Assembly (NCBI GenBank): GCA_965655095.1
Contig: OZ296656.1
Span: forward strand, 32,736,001-32,800,000
Length of the DNA stretch: 64,000 nucleotides
Direction of reading: 5' to 3'
DNA from: Haplodiscus bocki
Lineage: Eukaryota
Shown here: positions 12,237 to 24,000 of the stretch, in pieces
How the letters are laid out: each line of letters starts with the position of its first letter
Position numbering within the stretch: the first letter of the stretch is position 1
Notes under the pieces: model-generated
What the model was told of the DNA's origin: nothing
Databases searched by the model: none
What the model saw: the letters and a program-made list of their open reading frames with translations, nothing else
Made by a program: the position numbers and the translations under genes

Positions 12237-14432
12237 TTGGGAGCAACCACGGCTACCCCAGAATTCATTCAATAAACTGAAACTATTTAATAAGTTTATC
12301 ACAACAATTAGGCAAGTGTGTTGAAAACTGAAAATTTCTCGGGAGGTACAAACTCCCTCGGGCTTTGCGTCCTAAATCTTATCAACCTTTCTATCACAAG
12401 ATTGTTGATATTTGTTTTCGCAAAACTTTTTGGATTCGAAGGAGAGGTTGTTACGCGATAGTTTTCTTATCTGCTTTTTTGCTTAATTTTGACTATTGGA
12501 AAACGGGTATCACTTTTTTTTGTCATCTAAATTTTTCAGGTGCTAAAATTTTGGAATTCCCACTACAGTAATTTTTCAAACTGACGAAATTGAATGTGAC
12601 CTCACGCAGCCTGATATGATTCAAATCTCAATCAGATTTGGATAAACTTTCGAAATGCGCACAATAATGGAAATCCGCCACTTAACTTTAATAATTCTTC
12701 GATGCCGTCTTTCAACTCAATCACAGTTTTAAAACAAATATGAATTTTTCGGGTATTTTTGGTTGTACCAAAAAACTAGTGTTTCCGAAATTCACAATGC
12801 CAATCTGCACTCAATTTTTTTATTCATTGCTGCATTAATGAAAAAAATTCTTTTAATCCCCAACTGATTTGACTCCCCCGCTGTCATAAATTGCTGACTG
12901 AACGTAATCCATTAGACTTTAACAAGCCGTTAACCGCTCAACTAATCGTCGGCTACGGCGTGTAATTTTTTGTCAGTAGGGCTGCGGTTGTTAGCAGAAA
13001 AGATCCAAACGTTTTTGGTCAAACAGACGAGTACTTTCTTCGGCTTATTAGAAATCTGTCACAAAACTACGTTTCCTGGCTGATGAGCGAATTTTTTTGT
13101 CTCTTAGCGCAAACTTTACATTGCTGTGGACCAACGACCCCATAAGGATGAGATATGATTTTAATATATGCCATAAAGTGATCTATGGTACGTCTTGGAA
13201 CGTCTTTGATACGTTCTAAGTATCTATTGTATGCAGAAAAAATACAGAGTGAGGTCTGTCATCTCAAAAAACTTTTTTATCACTTGAAAGTAATTAAAAG
13301 GGACCGCGCGTTCAGAAGCGAGTGGTCATGGGGAAAAACGGGCAACCCGTGATCAAGTATGGGCAATCAGAAAGACAGTCGACATTACGCTGCAAGTTTC
13401 AGAGCCTCCTACAGTGTCAATAACGGTCGCATATATTAAACAAAAAGCATCTAAAAAATCAGCAAGTGGAGGTAGGAATTATAAATTAGGTCTTCGTATT
13501 GCATATTTAAATGCATCAACTATTTAGAAAATAAATGAAAAATCACCATTGCAGGCTCGGTCAGATAAATCACGACAGCCTTCCCTCCTGAACTACAGCG
13601 GAAATTGATGATTCTTCAATTTCTCAGAAACCTTTATTACTATAGTCGAGCTTTTTTTACCTAATTGTAAAAGCGCTGACTGAAAATGCTTGCATGTGGT
13701 ACAGTTAATACGCATTGCTCAGAAATGTGAGCAGACGAACGTTGGACTTTAGCCAGACATGCTGGTATCGCCCTCTCAATTGCTTGCGCGCTAATTGAAC
13801 TATGAAATTGATTTTGCTTTCTCAAACAATTGAGCCTCAAAGTCACGGTCGCGAATGTAAAGGTGGAATGTTGGATGGAATAAGGAATGTTGAATGGTAT
13901 CCTTATGCAAGTCTTGAAAGTTTGACTGCCTTTGAGTTTTCATTTTTTTTGGCTGAAATTCTTGTCATGGAAGCAATTGTGAACCACAAAACCTTCTAGT
14001 CTTGTGTTTATCAATTTACTATTACCGATGCATTTCTGAGACGCGTGTCTTCGGAATTTTCATTGAGATTGTTTTGCGTGACAAAAACGGATATCAAAAG
14101 TTCGATACCTCCACTGGAGCCTGATTTTGTTTGTGAACCCTTTGAGCAACGTATGATGAATGTTCCGTCAATAGATTATACCATCTTTGGGATCTGACCC
14201 GTCTTTTCGAATAGCGAATCGTTTACGCTCATGCAATATTAAGTGTTCGTTGATCAGTTTGGCAGATTTGATAGATACCATATAAAGTAATTAATAAAGG
14301 ACAAAGTTGTGAAAATTTGATTGATCAATAGAAGCTAACCTAGGAATAGATAATTTGGTTTACTTTGTTCATAATTAAGAGATAACAATCTCTATCAATT
14401 AATCTGGGAGTATATTCGGTTTCGCTTCACAA

Positions 14433-17400
14433 ATGGATAGTTGGTTAAACGAAGAATGCTATGGAACATCATTGGAGACCAACGGAGTTGGTGTATCTGA
14501 TGACTACGATGATCTACAAACCAAAATTTTTGTAAATCGTTCTGTGAAGCTGGAGAAAATGCTACACTATGGTTTCGATATGGACTACACATTAGCGCTG
14601 TATAAATGGCCAGCTTACAGCGAATCTTTGTTCATGTACGCCTTGGATGCTTTTATTGAAATGGGCAACTCAAAAGAATTGGGTACCCTAAAATACGACA
14701 TATCGTTCCCAGTCCGAGGTCTGTGGTTCGATACTATGTACGGGACATTTGTGAAGGTAGACAGTTTCGGCAATATTCTCATGTGTGTGTTGGGGTATCA
14801 ACAGAAAACGAAGAAAGAAATTGACGAACTGTATCCTGGTCGATTTGTGAATTTGACCAGTTAGTTTAAATGCTTCATTCATCTTTCATTTATGAAGAAG
14901 AAGATTGGATCTTTCAAATGTTCTTACAAGAAGTTTAGGATGGAATCACAACAATCATGAATTACCCTTAATTATACAAAACGCCGGTTTAAGAAATCCA
15001 GTGGCTGGAAGAGCTGAATATTAAAAGGCGAATATGGCAAAATCGGCGCTGCCGGTAAGACTGAATTATGCTAGGAGATTCACGAAATTTTTGGTATTTG
15101 TTTTCTCTTAACTTCGTTGTGTGAAGAATGGATGTCACATTTTTAGAGAAGACAAATTACGGAAATTTTGTGATACCGCTTCCATATTTCAGCCTTACGG
15201 ACAGTGCCGATATCGAGTCTACTCGCTTTGTTATTTTATTCGGTGTATGAAATATAGATGTACCATTTCTAGAGGAGTGTAGTGAATATCCGTGGCTTTT
15301 CGGTGTATGCAGGGGAGGGTATCCTGTTAAGTTTTACTATTGTTCCTATCTAAAAAATACGAAGCGGGTTTCATGGCTTTTCGGTCGAAAGTTTTATCCC
15401 GAAATAAAGTTTGCTAGAAAATGAAATGGAAAAAAATGGTGAGAAATTATTACAAAATACAATTTCACGGCTCTTCACAAATTTTGCCTTTGCTTCTAGA
15501 CCATCATTCCTTTCGATTTATTTGCAAACTGAAAAAGTCACTATCATAGTCGGAAAGCTCGCGCGACTCAAAATCGCATCATCTTTAAAAAAGAAGGAAG
15601 ATTTTTAATGAACACAATCTCGGAATGAGCAATTTTTTTGGAAAAGCAAGAGCAAACAATTGATGAGTTATTGTTTTTTTTACATCGCTGCTCAATTAAA
15701 ATATTCCCTGAAGATTTTGACAATTTTTCGTTTAGAGAGAATGTACGTTTTCAACACACCTTTCAACATTCCCGAAGTGATGTTCTTCGCCGCTGTGGTC
15801 AACTTCTTCGTGGAAAAAGATCGCGAAAAGAGTAGATCAGATAGATACGGAGTGTGGGTTGATGACGAGACGTTCAAATCATTCGTGGATCTTTTCAAAG
15901 GGATGAGAGAAGCTATTGAGAAAGTGCATGAAGACGGTCATTTCAAAAGATACATTTCCAATAACCTCTCCGAGTATGTGGAGAAAGATGAACTTATGCC
16001 TCTGCTCCTGCAAACTCTGAAGGTATGAAGACAGGAACTTTCATGATTCTTAACAATTGGATCCTTTTAGAATAATACTCAAAATATATTTTTTGTTTGG
16101 AAAAATTGAAACTAGGGTAACTGAGTTCGATTTCAGTGAATAAATTATTGTTGCTCATCAATAATTTCATGCATGTCTCGCCAACACAATTCAAGCCACG
16201 TACTTATAAAACGGTTAGATAATTAGGTCTATTAACTTAATTGAATGGTATAAAAAAATGAGACTTATTAATGCTTCTGCGCTGCATTGATTACATTATA
16301 TAAGACGGTTTGTTTTTTGCAATGCAGGAGAATGGAAAGAAGGTTTTCCTCATCACTAACAGCGACTGGCAATACACGAATGACATCATGACGTATTTGT
16401 TCGAGAACCCGGCCGTGTGTGACGAGCGCTACGTTGGATCCAAGTGGTACAATGTGTTTGACCTTGTAGTGACTAACAGCAGAAAACCGACCTTCTTCAC
16501 CACGGGAACTCCTTTGTTTGGAGTAGATTGTGAAACAGGCGTGCATACTGAATTGACGGGAGACAACGCCGTTATGAAACAAGGAGGTATCTATAGTGGG
16601 GGAAACGTCCTGCAACTCGAAGACGCATTGGGTTCGTAGTTGCAACAAAATTTCAAACATAGTCAAATTGAAAATGAAGACTGAAGTAGAAAGCTGTAAT
16701 GAATTCCGTAAATTGAAAGATGAATTTACGAATGGTGTTCATGCTGAGCTTCTTTCTACTGCTTTTGCAGGAAATGGTCGATGATTTCTATTGATAGAAA
16801 TGTGGTTCTATTCTGTTGATACAGGTGTCTTTGACCTTTCTATGATTTCATTGATAGAAATTTCGTAAAGTGTCAGTAATCTGGATCGCAGCAAATGATA
16901 AGTGAACCTTTGAAAGTTAATTGAGATTTGACCGAATTTCGGGTTTAATTTTGGCAATGAAAATATTGTTAACTTCTACATGAGTGAAATCTTGAATAAA
17001 ATGGAGATAGTGAACCGTGTCTGGGCAAAAGCTATCAAAATTTTTCTGACGTCATTCCCGAAGGAACGAAGCAGGCAAGTGAAAATAGCGAGCCAATAGA
17101 AAGCGAGTAAATAGAACTCCGTGATTGTATTTCGGCTATGGCGTCATAATCAGACATCACGAAAATCTGCTGCTCTCAACCGAAATTCTGCTGCCGCCCG
17201 AAATATGATCTACTTTTTGAAAATTTCTTCCAGAAATTATTACACTTACTCCGTTCAAAGCGAAAAAATTCAAATCCTGAACTATTTTGTATATTTTTGA
17301 GATCATTTTTCTTCTAGTATTTCAGTGTACGTCAAGATTTCCAGTTCCGTGTTCTTTCATTTTATGGGCAGACAAGATCTTTTTGATAATTTCGTTGAAA

Positions 17401-18694
17401 TCAAGGCATAAACAGGAAATGTTTCAATTTTGTCTAATCTGCTCTGAATGGTAAATTCTGCCAAATCTGCTGTTTTCTACTCTCAGCAGACTTTCGCGGT
17501 GTCTGGTCATGATGAGCATGCCGAATGAAAAAAGCGTGTGAGTCCATCAACTCATCCGCCACATTCACTCGCTTGCGCAATTCATTCAGCGTGATGATAG
17601 TGTTTTTGAAGCCAAAAAATGTGAACAGATCTGTCAAATATCTTGAACAGAGTGAAAATTTAACCTGCCGATCTAGCACAACAGTTTGCTAGTTTCTATA
17701 AATGGCATTCTTACGTTTATGAACGGAGGAAGAATTGGCTCTATGTGTGGTAACTTTCTAAAAAAAGCCAAAAGGTTTACTTGGTGTACAGGTATTATGG
17801 AGCGGTCTGTTTTGTACATTGGAGACCACATCTACGGAGACATTTTGAAGTGCAAAAAGAACAAAGGGTGGAAAACGTTTCTGGTTGTGAAAGAACTCGA
17901 TCACCAGATTGCATGTTGGGTCAAATGCAAACCGCTCATCAAGGACCTTGAAACTGTGAGACGATGGAAAAAACACGTGAATGAATTCAGGAAAGAGAAA
18001 TACGCCCAAATGGATAACCCAGATGAATGCATTGTATCCCCGGAGGTCAATGGCATGACACGATCTGGTTTGAGCAAGAGCATGAAGGAGAAAGTTCAAG
18101 AGATTGATCTGACATACGGCAAATTGGGCGGATTGTTCGTCAGTGGAACCAGGGAGACCTTCTTTGCTTCTCAGGTTAAAATAGGCTTATATAACTTAGA
18201 AGCAGCATGTGACGCAATCTCATTTGATTTCAAACCTGAGATTACGTCGAGGTTAACCAAAAACCGGTCATTATGCTCAATTTCATAAAAGAAAATGTCG
18301 GCTCCACTGACTTTACATGGTTTGCAGACTTGCTGGAATCAATAACTAATCAATAATGTCAGCGATTCCGTTGTAAAAATTTTACAGCAAAAAGCAAGCT
18401 ATACTTTTGATATATGCTGAAAGTGTTCAAAGATTGAAAGTAGAAAAAATCTTGATGTAGGTGAAACGTTATGCCGACATCTATGCGACAACATGTACCA
18501 ATCTACTGTTGTATCCTTTGGACTATCATTTCATGGCTACTCGGCAAAGACTTCCACATGAACTGCTGTGTGACGAAATCCCAGCGAGCGCAATTTTGAG
18601 AGATGAATTTGACGTCGTAACTCGTGAACAGAATCGGATGTCGAGAGAGCAGAGTGCTCGAATTCATGAGAATTTGAAAAACATCATTCCGTAA
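14433..18694 (+). CDS. NT5C2: Cytosolic purine 5'-nucleotidase (cN-II/NT5C2-like, HAD family), 5 exons, 544 aa
   Basis: Exons 14433-14859, 15736-16022, 16328-16631, 17792-18174, 18461-18694; GT-AG, phases 1,0,1,0; total 1635 nt. Motifs IFVNRS, GFDMDYTLA, LITNS, RKP, YIGDHIYGD, FASQVKRYADIY. AATAAA at 18933. Confidence 0.93.
17040..17148. repeat. Dispersed ~110-bp repeat, second copy at 48022-48129
   Basis: tttttctgaYgtcatt..gtgaaaa.agcgagccaata.aaagc.agtaaata.aactccgtgattgt..tatggcgtcat shared between two introns. Confidence 0.8.
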
Positions 18695-19099
18695 TCTTAG
18701 ATCGATGCTGCTGCCAAGAGCACGGATGAATTGTTCAATTGGTGCTTCGGATTTGGAGAGAATCCTCTTTTAGTTCTTCGGTTGGTATTGTGCGATTGAA
18801 ACGGTGCTGATCTTTCAAATTGTATGCGTTTGTAATTAAAATATTGCAATTTTGCTATTTACAATCATTTGCGCAATCAACAACGTTCCCTCTATGTTTG
18901 AATTAATTTCCAGTTCTTTAATGATGTGGTCCAATAAAAGAATGTAATAGACCTGTGAGCAGTTTAAAACTCATCTTGAAAATTTCGCGTTTGCTGCCTG
19001 AATTCGGACGTGGTGATGAATGGAAGTTTCAAATGGAACCAGATTTCGCCAGCTAGTGTACTGACGAAAACAACACGGTCTCCAACTAATCATGTAACG

Positions 19100-19320
19100 C
19101 ATTTTTTAGGACTGCGGAAATTTTTAATTTGAGTTACTTATAGTGTTACTCAGTTTTTTTTGACACTTTTCCATAGACATTTTGCGACTTCGTCCGATAT
19201 AGAGATTTTCGTGCGACATTTCAAAATTTTTCTCAGAACTTTTTTTTCGAAACGCGGCAATACTGCGTGGCAATACAGGAGGGATTATAGGGACTATCAT
19301 ATTGGCGGCAAGAGCGCGCT
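19100..19320. repeat. Dispersed repeat family A; other copies at ~25900-26220, ~37920-38220, ~41680-41900
   Basis: Shared core cgacttcgtccgaYata.ggattttcgtg.gacattt..aaaacgc..ca..gcgtgg..accata in the same orientation. Confidence 0.7.
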
Positions 19321-19419
19321 ATTGGAAAAAAATCTTATCCCCAGTGACTATACTTATAAAAGTGTGAACCCCCGCTCATTTTAAATTCATTTATCCCCAG
19401 AAATTCTTTTCTCGAAGAT

Positions 19420-20130
19420 TTCGGGTCTGATTGCAATCATCCAGTGCTAATTCCTAAACCACAATATGAAAATTCTTAAAAGAGAAGGCATGTCCCAATT
19501 TATATACGTTTCATACTTTTCAAATCAAATATTTTGACTTGTCTTTCGAAGTTTGGAGTTTTTTTACTATATATTTTTTCAAGACTAATTTTCTCAAAGA
19601 TTACTGTTTGAATCGCAGTCATCCAGTGCTCATTCAAAAGGTCACAATATACAGAATCTGCAGAAAAGCTGAGATACTTTCCACTCGAAATTTCTTGACT
19701 TTTAGTTTCTTGAAGACCATGTGTTGGATTCCAATGATCCGGTCTATTGCCTAATTTAACTCGGATAAATAAGCGTATCTTTGAACATCTGTACTTGTCG
19801 TTTTGTTTTCAATAGAAACTTTTTTTGTAAATGTTGCTATATTGAAAACTTGGCGATAATGAATTGACCTGTTCGCTGGGAAATTAGTCGATGACCTTCT
19901 TCACCTTCGTCCCAAGTATATGCCAAGGCAACTTTTCCTCTGTGTGTAAAATGTCTCCGTTTTGATTTGCAGTGGACAGTTTCATATCTTTCACGCGAAA
20001 GTTGAAGTTCGAAGTTGTTCACTTGCGTCCTTTTTCAGAATTGTTTTTCTCAAAGAATACTGTTTGGATTGCTGTCTTCTAGTTCTCATTCGAAAGCCGG
20101 CAATTTGCAAAATCTGCAAAGAAGTAGGCT
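19420..20130. repeat. Old dispersed repeat family B with internal sub-repeats; relatives at ~33320-33560, ~44990-45600, ~59200-59740, ~60850-61600
   Basis: Recurrent gcagYcatccagtgct.attc and attagtcgatg..caccttcgtc..agtgtatg..cctctgtgt motifs; boundaries approximate. Confidence 0.6.
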
Positions 20131-21037
20131 TGTCACGAGCCCTTCGAGCAGCGCCGACTAGGAATGTTCCCTGCTTGCTGCATCAAAATCTAAGAAAATT
20201 TTTGTTTTCAAATATTTCGGAAAAATATCACCATTCTCTCATTTAATTGGACGAGCCTCTGCGCTATCAGAACCTCGCATTCGACTTAGATATCTGCCAT
20301 AACGAGAGGAAGCTTTATTGCGTTGTATGGAACAGGTGAACTGCGCATACTTTAATGAGCAATTAGTAAGCACTGAGTTGCGAGGGATGATTCAGAATGT
20401 CTGCAACTTTCCTACGTTCAAAAGTGGATATATTAGTAATATTTCGTGACAAAGCAATATACCTCTCAAAGGAGCCGACTGTTTTTGGAATTGCTGTTCT
20501 TGGGGGTTCGGCGAGCCTTCGTGAGCAGTTGACAGGTGCTTAATAGTTTCAAAATTTGAAAAGAAATTGTCTGTCGGTATCATGAAAATATTCCCTCAGA
20601 AATCGAAATGCGAGATGAAACAAAATAAATTTTTTATTAACGTGTACTGCAGAGAAAAAGCGTCCACTCAATGATTTCGGTGTTGAAAATAAACTTCTGT
20701 ATCATCATTGCACTAAAAAATAGTATCAGCAATTCTCGCTCAATCGGAAAACTTGACACAGAAGTCAAATCTTCGAATCGGTTGGCGCAGAGAAAAAGTA
20801 CACTATTCCACGAGGAAAAAATATTCAGAGCTCATGGTCGATTTGATAACAAACAGAGTGTTGACTTGGTTTATTGCCAATTTTCACAATAATGAATCAT
20901 GATCAATGTATTTTCAACTTCGATAACCTAACCTGGCCATGGGCCTATTGCATATCACAAGAAACGTCGTCCAAACTAACGTGATGCTTTATTTAGACCA
21001 TTGTCGGCATGAATTTCCCTCTGCATCAATTTTAAAA

Positions 21038-24000
21038 TGCCGTATTTCATTGATTACAAGCAGCGGTTCGTATTGAAAACTTTAATTTGGTGCGGCCTGT
21101 AGTCGAGGACGGCTTCTATTCGAAAGGCTTTTATTTTAATTCGGTAATCTCAAATACTCCGCCCTTGAGAAAGAAAAATTGAAAATATTTTCGAGTTGGA
21201 AATTTGTGAAGACCAATTATGTTGTTTGTATACTACCTATAATCAACGCTGCCCTGATGTCGGACTTTCCAGTGGTGGAGAGCGTTCCAACAAAAGCGAC
21301 ATCACCCGAAAGACAGGAGAAAAGGCACGGCAGCGCAAGGACCTTTTTTTGGGAGGGGATTGACCCGAATATAGCCCAACCGAGCACCTCCGATAGCAAT
21401 CAGTTGACTGCAGTCACCGCCCCAGCGACTGGGTGGGCAAGGAAGACAAATTGACACCAATTGGCTGGCGCCGGATGGATATCCATCCGAATCCCGGTCC
21501 AAGGGCTGACGACGTCAACCGGTGGGGAAAAAGGAGACTAAAGCGTCTGCAAGCAATGAAGAAAGAACAGCGCAAGGAAAAACGAAAAGAAATGGGCTCG
21601 CCTAATAGCAGACATGAAACGATACAAATTAGAAGTGGACAGGAAAACACTAGAACCAGCCGCAGTCTGTAAGAGGAAAAAGTATTGATAGATGGAGTAG
21701 ACCCACAACGCTCAAATGGGCAGATAGGACAATTAATGCCGAGAGAAAACTGTGGAAATTCGTGCTTCAATGGCCGACAGAACCAGGTGACAAACTAGTC
21801 GAGTGGGCCGCAGCCAATGACGTGTAACTAGTGGACACATACTTCTGGAAGAATCGTAGGAGTACGTGGTGTCATGCCCGTACAGGAAAATATAACGAAT
21901 TGCATTACTTTCTAGCCCGGAAAAGCCAGAATCTTAAAGTAAAACATCCGTGTGGTCCAAGAAGTCCGCTGGTCCGACCACAGACTAAAAGAGACCCGAG
22001 ATAGCAGCAACAATGAAGCAAGCATCTGAAGAGGCTTCTGGCTTAGAAGACATATGGAGCAAGAGTTATCAGTTGATGGAGGGACACGACGATGGCGCTC
22101 GAGTTTAAGAGCCGAATCCAAAAGCTGTTGAAGACTCGTAAAAATGCACAGCACAGCAGAGGTAGATGAAGAACTGAGAGATCACGAGGACAGTACAAAA
22201 ATAAGCTGAATGAATGGGACAACAGTTGGTGAGAAGAGTTATTAGCCCAGTGCGAGAAAGCCATGAGAAGGCAAAATCTGGGGAGAAATGTGCGTGATCC
22301 TGAAGCGATCAGGTGTACGAGACTATACAGTACCCAACTCTGAAGCCACTGTCATTTTGGCGGAAACTTTTAAGGAGCACTTCCGAAAAGTATATGAACG
22401 TCACGACAAAAACGGTGTGGCTATGAACATTCAAGCGAAAAAAGTCACGGGGACCTTTGTGGGTTCGTCAGGGGAAAGCAAAAAAGCCGCAGTATTGTTA
22501 TATGCCATTCCCACGGAATAAGAGATAATACAGGAATGGCTCAAAATTAAAGATAAAGCGTCTGATGAAGATCAGATTCGAATCTTTTTTGTCGAAACAG
22601 CTCCTATGGAATTTGAGAACCGCATCTGTGAGACTGTACGAACAGTGTTCCAATCGAATGCAGAGCACTTGGACGACAACGTCAAGATAGGCCTCATGGT
22701 ACCTCCTTATAAGAAAGGAGCTAAGAACCCAGACATTTATACATGAATATGCCTAGTATCGATGAACAGCAGGATCCTCGTGAGAAGTCTCACCACTAGA
22801 TTGCGGGACTGGAGCGAAACCTACGGAGGACTCGACAATAATCAAGTCGGGTTCCGTTGACAGAGGTCGGCTGCAGACACAACCGAAATAAAGGTACGCT
22901 TGACGAAGATAGCAGACGAGTTGTGGAAACCCCCATTTTCAAACGGGACAAAGCTTGCCTACTTGATTTGAGAAAAAAGTACCTGCGCATAAACCGACCA
23001 CTATAATAGCAGATACTAGAAGGATATGAGTTAGGAGGTGGTTTCTTTGCCCGTGTTAAGGACCTACAACCCACAAGTTCATAGGCAACAAAAAAAGCTT
23101 CGAGTGGAAGCCCCAAAGAGGTCGAAGGAAAACCTTCCTGTCTTCCCGTAATTTGTAATATCTTCCATCAAGTAGTGATGAGAAGAGCGGAAGAGAAGAT
23201 GCCTGACACAGTAGCCCAGATCTCTCCCGTTCTGCGAAAAAGATGCACGACCCAAAGAAGAGATCAGAACAAGAGACGTGGAAAGTGTGGTTATGTGGCC
23301 CTGTTTGCATGTCGATAAAACGGTTACCAGCCAATGGAAGAGTTCAAGAACACAACCAAGAGGTTAATGAGGTTTTTTCGAGAAAAATGTAAATGAGGCG
23401 AAAAAGAAAGCATTACCCTAGGCGAAGATTGTGCAGCAAACACCTTTAACTTAGGAGTATGGATCTGAGGCCCAATATACCAACAGAAGCATCCAGAACG
23501 AAATGGCAGTCTAGAGCAAAGTCAAAAGACGGCGCAAGCACTTGTCTCCTCAAGAGAACTCAAGCAAGAGTGGTGGAAGCCATAGTGGAAAGCACTATGC
23601 TTCATGATTGCCAAACTCGGACCTGCTTCATCAACGAGATCAACCGCATCCAACGGAAACTGGACCAACGGAAAGTGTGGAACATGAAAATGAAACCCCC
23701 TCAAAGAGATGCAAGAGAAATAGGCAAATCGATAGAATGTCCGAAGCGAACTTGGAATCAAAGCAAGTAGAAAATCGAAAGAAGCCTGGAAAAATTAGGT
23801 CGCCTGATTCGATTATCAGATGACCTAAGAATGAAAAGAGTAACTTTTAGGTATTTGAGCTGTAGAAGTTCCAAAAGCCCATAACCAAGTATCGATACAC
23901 TCCCAGAGACTAGACCAGACTTGCACAAGAAGCTGGACTGGACCAGCTAGCAATTGAAGGAAGACATTGCCGAAGATTGGAGAGAGTGGAAGGTCATAGT

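Larger units (their letters stand above)
7748..12309 (-). mobile_element. CR1/L2-group non-LTR retrotransposon with three ORFs, inserted in the last tandem unit; ORF2 disabled
   Basis: APE and RT motifs, PHD-type ORF1, (AAC)n tail at 7748-7760 (tgttgttgttgtt on +). Candidate TSD aggctagtgt (7738-7747) / aggcaagtgt (12310-12319). The repeat unit resumes in register after the insertion. Confidence 0.95.
1..13315. repeat. Head-to-tail tandem array of a ~1608-bp unit (5 full units plus a 704-bp partial unit at the window edge)
   Basis: Junction ...gggaccgcgcgttcag|tccaaag recurs at 704|705, 2313|2314, 3922|3923, 5529|5530 and 7135|7136; the array stops after the same ttcag at 13315. Unit lengths are 1609, 1609, 1607, 1606 and 1608 (last one after removing the LINE). 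Units are nearly identical. Confidence 0.97.

Noticed and set aside
1-13315. CRISPR array, rDNA, 5S or histone cluster as an explanation of the tandem array
   Set aside because: No short repeat with unique spacers and no recognisable rRNA, snRNA or histone sequence.
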